Shown: one piece after another, positions 1-9,169 of the stretch
Layout: the number at the start of each line of letters is the position of its first letter
Numbering within the stretch: position 1 is the stretch's first letter
DNA from: an uncultured Alphaproteobacteria bacterium
GTDB lineage: Bacteria; Pseudomonadota; Alphaproteobacteria; Rhizobiales; Xanthobacteraceae
Length of the DNA stretch: 64,000 bases
NCBI GenBank assembly: GCA_963744275.1
Contig: CAVUSX010000019.1
Coordinates: 99,639 to 163,638, forward strand
Reading direction: 5' to 3'
Program-made: the position numbers and the translations under genes
Notes under the pieces: generated by a model
The model's input: the letters and a program-made list of their open reading frames with translations, nothing else
Told to the model about the DNA's origin: nothing
Database searches by the model: none

Positions 1-2
1 TC

Positions 3-908
3 GGGGTCGATGTCGGCTCGGGCTACGACGTGAATGCGCGGCTCTTGGCGCGCCACATGGGGGCGCATATCCCGGGCAATCCCGCCTTCATCGTGCAGAA
101 CCAGCCCGGCGCCGGCAGCGTCACCATGACCAGCCAGCTCTACGCCTCCGGTCCCTTCGACGGCACCACCATCGGGGCCGCCTTCGCCGGCATGCCGACT
201 ATTCCGTTGCTGCAGCCGGGCGGCAGCCGCTTCGATCCGACCAAGCTGATCTGGCTCGGCAACACCAATCGCGAGACCCACGTCACCTATGTGTGGCACA
301 CCGCGCCGGTGCAGAGCCTCGCGCAGGCCCGGACCCGTGAGCTGATCATGGGGGCGCAGGCGCCCGGCTCCTCGCAGGTGGATTTTCCGCTGGTCGCCGA
401 TGCGCTGCTCGGATTCAAGTTCAAGATCGTGGCCGGATATCAGAGCACCTCGAAGATCAACCTGGCGCTGGAGAGCGGCGAGGTGCAGGGCACGATCGCG
501 GCCTGGACCACGCTGAAGACCTTGAGCTCGGCCTGGCTCGCCGACCGGAAGATCAGGATCATCGCCCAATGGGCGCTGCGGCCGAATCCCGAGCTGGCCG
601 ATGTGCCCAACGTGCTGGATGAGGCCAAGACGAATGACGAGCGCGATGCGCTGCGCCTGGTGCTGGCGCGCCTCGACATCGGCCGGCCGTTCTTCCTGCC
701 GCCCAACGTGCCGCCCGACCGGGTGGCGGCGCTGCGCGCCGCGTTCGATGCCACCATGCGGGACCCGGAGTATCGCGCCGAGGCCGACAAGCTCAAGGTC
801 GACATCGATCCGCTGACCGGAGCCGAGCTAGCCGCTCTGGTAGCGCAGGTCGCCCAGACCCCACCCGAGACGGTCGCGCGCGTGCGCGCCGCGCTCGAGC
901 ACAAGTGA
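3..908 (+). CDS. Bug/TctC-family periplasmic solute-binding protein (tripartite tricarboxylate transporter receptor family), 5' end cut by the window edge
   Basis: The frame is open from position 3. GYDVNARLLARHMGAHIPGNPAFIVQNQPGAGS closely parallels the intact paralog at 15340-16353. Stop TGA at 906-908. Confidence 0.8.
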   Translation, partial: GVDVGSGYDVNARLLARHMGAHIPGNPAFIVQNQPGAGSVTMTSQLYASGPFDGTTIGAAFAGMPTIPLLQPGGSRFDPTKLIWLGNTNRETHVTYVWHTAPVQSLAQARTRELIMGAQAPGSSQVDFPLVADALLGFKFKIVAGYQSTSKINLALESGEVQGTIAAWTTLKTLSSAWLADRKIRIIAQWALRPNPELADVPNVLDEAKTNDERDALRLVLARLDIGRPFFLPPNVPPDRVAALRAAFDATMRDPEYRAEADKLKVDIDPLTGAELAALVAQVAQTPPETVARVRAALEHK

Positions 909-919
909 CGCGAAGTTTC

Positions 920-981
920 GTAGCCCGGATGGTAATCCGGGAACGCCGCTCCCGCATTCCGCAGAGCTCCATGCGGGCTAC
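920..981. repeat. REP-type palindromic intergenic element (GTAGCCCGGATGG...CCATGCGGGCTAC)
   Basis: Contains hairpins CCCGGAT-ggta-ATCCGGG and CCGCAT...ATGCGG. Same family as the elements at 56690-56766 and 57841-57974. Confidence 0.7.
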
Positions 982-1047
982 AACGCCCACCCGTCGCCGA
1001 ACAATTCCAAGCTGTGCGCCCAGCACAACGCGCTCGGCCGGGCGCCA

Positions 1048-2484
1048 TCAACGCGGATCGACGTGCAGCGTGGTGCGCATGACGTTCACCTCGTACGGAT
1101 TCCAGGTCGAGACCACCCAGTAGATCGTGGCGCTGCGGCCGGGAGCCGGGCTGGCAGCGGCGGTCGTGTAACGGTTGAGAACGTAGGGCGCATAGGTCCC
1201 GCCGCGCACGAATTTGCCGTCAGGGTGCTTGCCGGGCCAGAAGTCGCGGCGGTTTCCGCAACCCTCCGGGCTCATGAGGAGCCGGCAGCCGAGCTTGTCG
1301 CCGGGCCCGAGAATCGAGGTCGGCGGCGACCATGGCCCCCAGGCCGCAGGCGCGACACGGGCCCAAACGCCGCCCGGGCACTGATAGAGCATGAGCCACT
1401 GGCGCAGTTGCGGATTCCAGGTGACGGAGAACTCGCCGATGCAGCGGCCGCCTGCGAGCGCGGGAGCGAATATCTCGGCTTCGCCGGGCGGCCGCCATGC
1501 CGCCGGGCGCGCATCCTCGGGCGCGCCGCCGCGCGCCCATTGCGGCCCCGATACCCATTTTGGTTGCCCGTTGTCGGCGCGCCCGACGAAGAAGCGCCAG
1601 GTGGCGGGGTCGGCCAGGGATTCGACCGGCGCGTAGGCGAGATAAGGCACGCTCGCGCGATAGCGCGGCACCCCGAAGACGAAAATTCCCAATCGCTGAT
1701 CCTCGGGCAGAGCGTCCTGCTGCCGCGCATTGACGGCCGTCACATAGGTGAAGCCGCGCGGCATCGGCACGACGCCGCGGAAGCTGCGGCCGTCATCGTC
1801 GGATCTCGCCAAGACGTTGCGGCCGATGCTGTTACGCTCGTCGGTCTCGGGACATCTCGGGCTCGCCTTGGGGCGCGCCAGGGGAGCATCGGGTGAGGGT
1901 GCGAGATCATTGGGACCCGCGCAATGATCGGTCCAGAAGAATCCGAACAGTCCACCATCGGCGCTCACGCCGCCGGAGGGGACGTTGAAGAAGCCCTGCT
2001 TGATGCCGGGCGGACCCACGATGGTGGCGGGCGCAAATGTGCGGGGTGGCGAAGGCTTGTCGTTGATCTGCAGCTCCAGGCACTTGCCGTCGGGGCCGGG
2101 CGGCTGCGTGCGCGTGGTGAAGCCGACCGCATCGTCGGGGGGAATCTCGCCCTCCGCGCCACCGCCATGGGGCGGCGGCCAGGAGTTGCCGAACAGGAGG
2201 ATCAGCTTGCCGGCATGCTCGACCGGATAGCCGAGATCGACCGCATCGAGCCCGAAATTTGCGAACGTGCGGGCGGCCGTCGGCGCCCCGGTCTCCCAAT
2301 CCACGTCGCCGGTGAGCTGGCAGATCTTCTCGCTGACGCCGACGCGGACCGGCGGCGGGGGGAGCGTGTCTTCGAGCGCGCCGGCCCGCGGCGATCCGAC
2401 CAACAACAAACCTGCGGCGAGCAGGATTGCGCCTGTGGCTGACCCCAGGGCCGCGGCGAGCGAAAAGAGAAACCGAGCCCTCAT
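1048..2484 (-). CDS. Secreted protein, beta-propeller/DUF4185-like (putative glycoside-hydrolase-like fold)
   Basis: Long ORF with an internal ATG at 2484 followed by a signal peptide (MRARFLFSLAAALGSATGAILLAAG). Motifs FGNSW, GGVSADGGLFGFFWTDHC, ARSDDDGRSF and GEFSVTWNPQLRQWLMLY. The family name is from memory only. Confidence 0.55.
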   Translation of the reverse strand: MRARFLFSLAAALGSATGAILLAAGLLLVGSPRAGALEDTLPPPPVRVGVSEKICQLTGDVDWETGAPTAARTFANFGLDAVDLGYPVEHAGKLILLFGNSWPPPHGGGAEGEIPPDDAVGFTTRTQPPGPDGKCLELQINDKPSPPRTFAPATIVGPPGIKQGFFNVPSGGVSADGGLFGFFWTDHCAGPNDLAPSPDAPLARPKASPRCPETDERNSIGRNVLARSDDDGRSFRGVVPMPRGFTYVTAVNARQQDALPEDQRLGIFVFGVPRYRASVPYLAYAPVESLADPATWRFFVGRADNGQPKWVSGPQWARGGAPEDARPAAWRPPGEAEIFAPALAGGRCIGEFSVTWNPQLRQWLMLYQCPGGVWARVAPAAWGPWSPPTSILGPGDKLGCRLLMSPEGCGNRRDFWPGKHPDGKFVRGGTYAPYVLNRYTTAAASPAPGRSATIYWVVSTWNPYEVNVMRTTLHVDPR

Positions 2485-2659
2485 CGGAGGTCTGCTCCTC
2501 GACAGCGCTAAAGAGCGTAGCCGTTCCTTTCCGGAACGCAACTGGCTCTCCGCCAGCGATAAGCCCGGGGCGTCGCTCACCCTGACCATTTTTCAATCGA
2601 GCACTTTGCGTCCGATCCGCACGCGCCGTGGCCACGCTGCCGCGCCGGAATGCGAGACG

Positions 2660-2872
2660 TCAGCGTTGCATGGCGGCAGGAAGTCTGCTGCTGGCGACCG
2701 AGAGCCGAAACTTGAAGTTCTTGTATGGATCGAGACGCTGGGCGATGAAATGGCCCCGTTGACTGAAACGAACGCCGCCGCCCCCGAAGGCGGACGCGCT
2801 GGTCGGGGCAAGTCCCGTGGCCGCGAGGGCCGCGATCATCGCCAGGGCGAGCAGGGTTGGCTGGGACGACAT
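2660..2872 (-). CDS. 70-aa hypothetical protein with a signal-peptide-like N-terminus; carries a tail-tube-like AQRLDPYKNFKFRL stretch
   Basis: ATG at 2872 (CAT at 2870-2872). Hydrophobic leader MSSQPTLLALAMIAALAATGLAPTSASA. See findings. Confidence 0.35.
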   Translation of the reverse strand: MSSQPTLLALAMIAALAATGLAPTSASAFGGGGVRFSQRGHFIAQRLDPYKNFKFRLSVASSRLPAAMQR

Positions 2873-3029
2873 GGCAATCTCCTGTGGGTTCGAGCGGGTC
2901 ATACGACTGTTGGTCCGAGTGCTCCGGTCGGGCGTTCGAGGGTAGCGTGTCGGCAACCGCGAATTCGAACAATGCGTGACCGCCGTCACAAGCCTGGCAT
3001 CCGTTCTATTGTGCGCTTGCAGGCTCACC

Positions 3030-3441
3030 GTGCCGGCGCTGCAATCGACCGCCGGTGGCCATACGCCGATCGCATTCACGGCGTTGCCGCCGGCGGTGCC
3101 GCTGGTGACCGCGGGCCAGCTGCGGGCGCTGGCGGTGACGAGCGCCAAGCGCTCCTCCGCGCTGCCCGACATCCCGGCCATGGCGGAGGCCGGGCAAAGC
3201 AACCAGGAGTCCGAGAACATCCTGCCGGTCTTGACGCCGGCATCGCCGCCGCAGCCGATCGTCGATCTTTTGCATGGCGAGATCGCCAAGATCGTCGCCT
3301 TGCCGGATATGCAACAGACCCTGGCGGCGCAGGGCTTCGACGCGCTTGCCACGACGCCGGAGGAATTCGGCATCGCGGGTGAAGCTCGAGCTCGCGCGCG
3401 GGGCGAAGGTCATCCACGACGCCAAGATCGAGCCGCAGTAG
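3030..3441 (+). pseudogene. Bug/TctC-family solute-binding protein remnant (C-terminal part only, frameshifted)
   Basis: AGQLRALAVTSAKRSSALPDIPAMAEAG...TPEEFG matches the Bug-family C-terminal half. The last segment (KLELARGAKVIHDAKIEPQ*) is in another frame and ends at TAG 3439-3441. There is no N-terminal half. Confidence 0.6.
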
Positions 3442-3479
3442 CGCCAATTTACCCGTTTGATCCGCCGCTGCGCTTCTAT

Positions 3480-4223
3480 TCAGCGGGGACCGGCGAGCTG
3501 GTAGTTGAAGCCGGCCGAGAACGAGCTGATTGACCAGTTGTTGATGTCGACGGGGTAGGTTGAAGCAAAATCGGTGTTGGGGGTGAGGTTCACCCTTCCG
3601 CTGCCGAAATTGTAGTAGTCGTATTCGGCCTTCACCGACCAATTTCCCCCGATACGATATTCGACGCCCCCGCCCAGGGTCCAGCCGGTCAGAGTCGTCT
3701 TGTTCTCGAAATGGGTATCGATTTCAGGCCAATCGCTGGTGAACTTGTACTGTCCAAAAGCCACGCCGCCCTTCACAAACAGGAGCGTGTTTCCGGCGGT
3801 GCCGGTCGCCAATCCGAAACGGCCCGTAACGGATTCCAGCCCCTGAACTTTTCCGGCGAAGTTCCAGCCAAATTTGTCGAAGTCGCCTTGGACCGTGGAG
3901 AGTCCTCCGCTGACCTCAATTCCGGAGACGTAGTTGCCGTTCTGCCAGTTGTAGCCGCCCTGCAAGCTGACGATGATGCCGCTCAAGTCCGTGGTGCCGA
4001 GATCGCCGTCGTCGGGATTGCTCCAGGGATTGCTGCCGAAGCCGCCGCCGAGATAGACGCCGCCGTACCAGCCGCCCCAATTGGTGGAGACCGGGAAGAC
4101 CGGCAGAGCGGGCTTCTTCGGAGCCGAAACGGCCGGGGTGATTGCAACGCCGATCCCGCATGCCATCGCGAAGGCAGCGGCCGTAGCGTGCGGCAGATGC
4201 GTGCACAAACGTCGGAATGTCAT
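3480..4223 (-). CDS. Outer-membrane beta-barrel protein (Omp25/RopB-like porin family)
   Basis: ATG at 4223 and a signal peptide ending AVSAP. Gly/Tyr/Trp-rich alternating beta-strand pattern. C-terminal ...FSAGFNYQL. Confidence 0.7.
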   Translation of the reverse strand: MTFRRLCTHLPHATAAAFAMACGIGVAITPAVSAPKKPALPVFPVSTNWGGWYGGVYLGGGFGSNPWSNPDDGDLGTTDLSGIIVSLQGGYNWQNGNYVSGIEVSGGLSTVQGDFDKFGWNFAGKVQGLESVTGRFGLATGTAGNTLLFVKGGVAFGQYKFTSDWPEIDTHFENKTTLTGWTLGGGVEYRIGGNWSVKAEYDYYNFGSGRVNLTPNTDFASTYPVDINNWSISSFSAGFNYQLAGPR

Positions 4224-4360
4224 TGTCGCCCCCCTGTTTTCTACCCGCTGCGTGCCCCGCAACGAGGCCCACCAAACCGGACCGACGGCCGTCGGGAACA
4301 ACCCACCAGCTACGACAGTCCGCATTTCGATACGCTGCGCAATTCAACGGCGGCAACGGC

Positions 4361-5944
4361 TCAGGGATAGAAGCTGTACTGGACGCGGAACAAGGAACTC
4401 CAAACCCCCTCGTCGGCCGGGGTGTATAGACCTGCCGTGCTGCCGAAACCGCCGCCGAAGCTCAGGCGTATCCGATTTGGATCGAAGTTCGTGTTTATCT
4501 GGGTGTACATGACCTCGAGGCCGACATCGAGATGCTTGATTGGGTTCCAAATCGTTCGCGACCCTATGGTCCCGACGCCGAAACCGAAGTCGCAACCGGG
4601 CAATGGGGTGATCCCATTCGGGAACGCACCGGCGATCGTGCGGACGGGTCCAAAGGGACTGCTGCACATCAGGCTGTTGCCCGCATCAGTCGGACTCCAG
4701 AGCGAATAACCTCCGAACAGTGACGTTCGCAGCGCAGGCGTCCAGTAGTGCTCGACGGCCGCCTTCACGTCCCAGGCCTGCGGCAAGACGACCGATCCCC
4801 CGAACGGGGCTCCCGGCGTGTTGTTGAAGATGCCGTCCAGTGCCCAGCCCGCCGCCACGTTCGTTCCGTCAAAGCGGTCGAAGATGCCGGTCCCGCCGAA
4901 CTGCCCGAGGCCGGCGTAAGACGATGAGCCTTGAGCGAATCCCACGTGGAACCACAAGGTATCCTTCGGCCCCGTGACGGGCAGCTTGAAGTCGACGTCC
5001 GCCCCGATCGCGGAGCCCCAACTGTCGAAATCCTGTCCGCCAAAGCCGGCGCGAATCTGATGCAGAGCCCCGGCGATCTGCGCAGTGCCCCAATTCTGGT
5101 CGTAGAGCAGGCTGCCGACGATGTCGGGCATCGAGTTGCTCTCATAGGCCCCGATGCTGCAGCGCTCCTCGCTGCTGGTCGCGGAGAGGTAGGAGGGAAT
5201 GCAGGTGCCGGGAATGTTATGCCCGAAAGTAGATGGTCCCGGGAATTCGCCGATCCCCAGAGACGTATCCCCTGCGGCCCAGACGGCGTTTCGGCGGAAA
5301 GAGTTGTCCTCCAGTGAAAAGGTCGCCGAGAATCCGTTGCCGAAGTGCGCCGTATAGGCTCCGAGCAGGGTGCCGGACGAGCTGTCCGGGTCACGCGCCC
5401 ATCCCGGAGTGTAGCTGAAACCGCGTTTGAGCAGATCGAAGTTGGACTGCCTCTCGCCGACCGTGAAGCCGGAAAACTGCAAGAAGGCCCGGTTGATCAC
5501 CGCGTCCGCGTAGGAGTCGGTGGTTGCGCCGATATGCTGGCCGCCCGCGGCATCGACGTATCCATTGAGGAAGGCGCGGGCGGTTCCATACGAGGTGCTG
5601 AGGCGCGCATCGACAAAACCCGAAGCACGGGTCATGAAAGTGGCGATCCCGGTCTCGTCGGTATGGAGCGGCTGATTGTTGAGATCGAGCTGACCGCCGA
5701 CGAATGCGCGATCATTCGGCCATGCACCAAACGCCAAGTCGGCCCGGACGTAGCCACCTGCTTTGATGCAGATGCCGTCGGTTCCAGGCACCCGGAAAAA
5801 TCCTTTGCCGTAGACGTCGCAAGTCCTCACAACGATCGGGCTCAGAGGCCCGTCGCCGTCGGCGCCCGCCTTGGCGACCGTCGGAACGCCGAGCAAAGCG
5901 AACGAGCTGAAAAGAAGAACTTTTCGGATGCCGGCACGTCGCAT
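4361..5944 (-). CDS. Alphaproteobacterial porin (Porin_2-like)
   Basis: ATG at 5944 and signal peptide MRRAGIRKVLLFSSFALLGVPTVAKA. About 500 aa of beta-strand-like sequence ending ...LFRVQYSFYP (aromatic C-terminus). Confidence 0.7.
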   Translation of the reverse strand: MRRAGIRKVLLFSSFALLGVPTVAKAGADGDGPLSPIVVRTCDVYGKGFFRVPGTDGICIKAGGYVRADLAFGAWPNDRAFVGGQLDLNNQPLHTDETGIATFMTRASGFVDARLSTSYGTARAFLNGYVDAAGGQHIGATTDSYADAVINRAFLQFSGFTVGERQSNFDLLKRGFSYTPGWARDPDSSSGTLLGAYTAHFGNGFSATFSLEDNSFRRNAVWAAGDTSLGIGEFPGPSTFGHNIPGTCIPSYLSATSSEERCSIGAYESNSMPDIVGSLLYDQNWGTAQIAGALHQIRAGFGGQDFDSWGSAIGADVDFKLPVTGPKDTLWFHVGFAQGSSSYAGLGQFGGTGIFDRFDGTNVAAGWALDGIFNNTPGAPFGGSVVLPQAWDVKAAVEHYWTPALRTSLFGGYSLWSPTDAGNSLMCSSPFGPVRTIAGAFPNGITPLPGCDFGFGVGTIGSRTIWNPIKHLDVGLEVMYTQINTNFDPNRIRLSFGGGFGSTAGLYTPADEGVWSSLFRVQYSFYP

Positions 5945-6270
5945 CGCGCGCCTGCACGGCTGGCCCTGTAGCGCAGCTGCGCCCATGATCAAGCCCCCCA
6001 ACAACCATCGATTATCAACAACCAGAGATTCCAAGTCTTCCGGATTTGCACCGAATCCTGCACGTCACGAGAGTTTTCTCCAGGGTTGTGTCATCCGCGC
6101 AACATGCCTGGAATCGGCGAGATAGATCAGTGTGTTGGCGGGGTCCGCCGTGACGCTGGGCAATCGTCGGCGCCGATGGACTATCCTCCGGAGGAGGACG
6201 TCCGCCCCGGGTCGTTCACGACCCCGGGACAGCTCCGAGGGCGCGGCGCGGCCACCGCCGCTCGCCCGCC

Positions 6271-7116
6271 CTATGCCGGGAGCGTTTCGAGCAGGCGGCC
6301 ATAGCCCTTGATCGGCTCGTGCAGATGCAGGCGCTTCTGGATCTCCCAGATGCGCGCCGCGATCGCTTGCACGACCGGCACGCCCAGCTCGCGTTCCAGT
6401 GGCGCAATCAAAGGAAGCGCCTCGAGCGACGAGCCCAGGATGTAAACGGCGTCCGCGCCCCCGTGCTCGGCAAAGGCCTTCTTGATGAAGGCGGCGATCG
6501 CCGCAGGCGGCACCTCCGGGATGGACTTGAACTCGACGCCCATTCCTTCCATGGCGACGACGCCGATGCCGTTGTCCTCGAAATATTTCGCGTAGACCTT
6601 GTCCATCTCCGGCCCGCCCGAGCCCGAGGTGATGCCGAGAATTCTCTTCGCCTTGAGCGCCCGAAACGCGTTCACCTGGTTCTGCGAGGAGGTGAACATG
6701 TCGGTGCCGTATTTCCGCTTCCACCCGTCGACCATCTCGGCCTCGCGCGCGGGGCCCAAAAGCATGAACGGCGGCGCACCTTCGATCGCGATGACATTGC
6801 ACTTCTGCGAGGCCAGATAGGTGATGTGCTTCTCGTAGGTGTCATAGCTGCCGCCGTATTCCTCGCGCGAGCCTCGGGTCAGGTTGAGGTACACCGGAAT
6901 GACGCCGATACCGTCGGGCAACAGCTTGATCATGTCGACGAGCGAGGAGTCGGTGGCCCTCGGCTTGATGTCGCCGACGATGCCGCGGTAGGTCGAGGCC
7001 TTGGCAGTGCCGGCGCGCAGAGCGAAGGGCAGGGCCGTGGCGGCAGCGAGACCAGCCCCTGCCGCGCTCCGCAGGACGGAGCGGCGCGTGCAAGCAGTGT
7101 ACGAAAGCGTGTCCAT
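6271..7116 (-). CDS. Tat-signal protein with Asp/Glu racemase / maleate isomerase-like fold
   Basis: Strong RBS (AAGGAGGAATGC before the ATG at 7116) and a twin-arginine leader TRRSVLRSAAGAGLAAATA. The body aligns by eye with maleate isomerase/arylmalonate decarboxylase-family proteins. Confidence 0.55.
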   Translation of the reverse strand: MDTLSYTACTRRSVLRSAAGAGLAAATALPFALRAGTAKASTYRGIVGDIKPRATDSSLVDMIKLLPDGIGVIPVYLNLTRGSREEYGGSYDTYEKHITYLASQKCNVIAIEGAPPFMLLGPAREAEMVDGWKRKYGTDMFTSSQNQVNAFRALKAKRILGITSGSGGPEMDKVYAKYFEDNGIGVVAMEGMGVEFKSIPEVPPAAIAAFIKKAFAEHGGADAVYILGSSLEALPLIAPLERELGVPVVQAIAARIWEIQKRLHLHEPIKGYGRLLETLPA

Positions 7117-7378
7117 GCATTCCTCCTTGCGCCGAGATTTGAAAGCCTGTTGTAAGGATGGCCCAGGAGGCGCCGCCTGACAATGGCGGCAGCTGTTGGC
7201 GGCTCAAGGTAAGCCGATCCGGGTCGGGCTCGGCGCTGCCGCCCGGGCCGCCGTGCCGTCCGCTTCTCCCCGATGGCAGATCCATCGCCGCATGGCCGGG
7301 AACCGCCGCGGGTGAATTAGCGCGGATTATCCGCTTCGGCCGACACAGCATCGGCAAGGGGCGGCTGCAACGGCTCCC

Positions 7379-7858
7379 CTACGCCGACGCAATCTCGAAG
7401 GTCGGTTTGTGCTCTACCTTGAACGACACCGAGCGCGCGACAAAACATTTCTCGGCGGCGGCATCGTGCAGGCGGCGCGCGATGTTCTCATCAGAGCCGG
7501 CCGCGAGCTCGGCGTGCGGCCGCAACGTGACGCTTTCGAATTGCCCGGCGCCGTCCGCCTGCTCGATCTCCACGCCGGAGGCATCGTCGCTGTATGCTAC
7601 CACCACGACACCGGCGTCGGCGCAAAGGTGCAGGTACCAGAGCTGATGACAGGCGGAAAGCGCGGCGATGAGCAGTTCCGCCGGATTCCATCGCGCCGCA
7701 TCGCCGCGGAACGCCGGGTCGGACGAGGCGGCTATGGCCGTTTTTCCCTGCGCGCTGATTTCGTGCGCACGCGAATAGGCGCGGTACGCCGACGTTCCGG
7801 TGCCCTGATTGCCGGTCCAGTCGATGCGGATCGAATAGGTGTGACGCTTGTCTGCCAT
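7379..7858 (-). CDS. OsmC/Ohr-family peroxiredoxin-like protein
   Basis: 159 aa. Typical OsmC layout, including NPAELLIAALSACH and a second Cys in EKCFVARS. Confidence 0.8.
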   Translation of the reverse strand: MADKRHTYSIRIDWTGNQGTGTSAYRAYSRAHEISAQGKTAIAASSDPAFRGDAARWNPAELLIAALSACHQLWYLHLCADAGVVVVAYSDDASGVEIEQADGAGQFESVTLRPHAELAAGSDENIARRLHDAAAEKCFVARSVSFKVEHKPTFEIASA

Positions 7859-8045
7859 GGACTGCTCCGGTCTGCGGCACGGGGCTATCGCAGAAGGTTA
7901 AGCCATCGGCGCGTTGGAAGCCTAGCCAATTGCCCGGGGCGCGGCGAGAACGCGGATACCGAAAGTGGCCGCGATGCGCGCCGGGTGTGGGCCAACGCAG
8001 GGGCCGCCCCTTGATCGCGTAGCGAAAGAATGACAAACCGCGCAT

Positions 8046-8831
8046 ATGATTGGATTATCGGCAGCCGCCCAACTCGGTGCGTGGCTCGCAGCCGCGGTGC
8101 TTCTGTCGGAGGCGACCGCGGGCGCGCAGGCCGCGGAAGTCAAAGTGCTCGGCTTCTTGAGCATGCGTCCGATCCTCGACGATCTCACGTCGGAGTTCGA
8201 ACGTGCGACCGGAGACAGGCTGACGGTCAACTACAATTCGGTTGCTTCCATGCGCAGCCGGATTTCAGGCGGAGAAATCGCCGACGTGGTGATCACGTCA
8301 CGATCAGCTGTCGATGATCTGGCAGGACATGACCTCGTCACCGCCGACAGCATCAGGGACGTGGCCCACATCTCGATTCGCCTGTTCGTGCGGGCCGGCG
8401 CGCCTAAACCTGACATCGGCTCGGTGGAGGCGTTGAAGCGCACGCTTCTGACCAGCAAGTCTCTCGCCTTCACGGACCCGACCAGGGGCGCTTTGGCGGG
8501 TCGGGCCTTCGCCGACGCCCTCAACCGGCTGGGCATCGCCGATCAGGTCAAATTCAAGAGCAAGTTGATCCAAGGACTCGGATCGGAGGTGGTAACGGCG
8601 GTTGCGACCGGGGCGGCTGCCATCGGGGCGGCGCCAGCCAATGATCTCACCCCGTTGCCGGGCGGCATCGATATCCTGGGCCCGCTGCCCAAGGAGCTCG
8701 AGACCGATATCGTGATCTCGGCCGGCTTGCTGGCAAATATGCGGGCGCGAAAGGCTGCAACGGATTTTATCAGGTTCCTGGCCTCGCCTGCCGCCGCCCC
8801 AGCCGTCACCGCGCACGGGATGGAGCGGTAG
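8046..8831 (+). CDS. Periplasmic substrate-binding protein, ModA-like (molybdate/tungstate-type PBP fold), orphan
   Basis: Has a signal peptide. EVKVLGFLSMRPILDDLTSEFERATG...VVITSRSAVDDL is typical of ModA-like binding proteins. No permease or ATPase gene is adjacent. Confidence 0.6.
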   Translation: MIGLSAAAQLGAWLAAAVLLSEATAGAQAAEVKVLGFLSMRPILDDLTSEFERATGDRLTVNYNSVASMRSRISGGEIADVVITSRSAVDDLAGHDLVTADSIRDVAHISIRLFVRAGAPKPDIGSVEALKRTLLTSKSLAFTDPTRGALAGRAFADALNRLGIADQVKFKSKLIQGLGSEVVTAVATGAAAIGAAPANDLTPLPGGIDILGPLPKELETDIVISAGLLANMRARKAATDFIRFLASPAAAPAVTAHGMER

Positions 8832-9169
8832 CTGCGCCAGCCATCGTCTGCGGCGCGCCGACTGGGACGAGCAGCGCAATGTCGACGGCAGCGATCTGCG
8901 CCGGATGCCCATTGGCTGTGCAGGAATGCGTCACCGTCACGGGAGATCTGCAATAATAGATGGAACGAAGCGTCTGCCGAGCGTATTCGCGTGGGTCCGG
9001 ACCGGTAGTGACGCCAGGCGCGGGTGGTGGCTCACGCGAGGCGGCCGGCATCCCGGTTTCGTCGGCACCGCATCAAGACAAGAACCTTCGCTTATATCTC
9101 TTCGTTCGTCAATTAACCAGCTCATGGAACGGGGCCGAGACGGCTCTCGGCCTCAGATGGAGGATGTTC

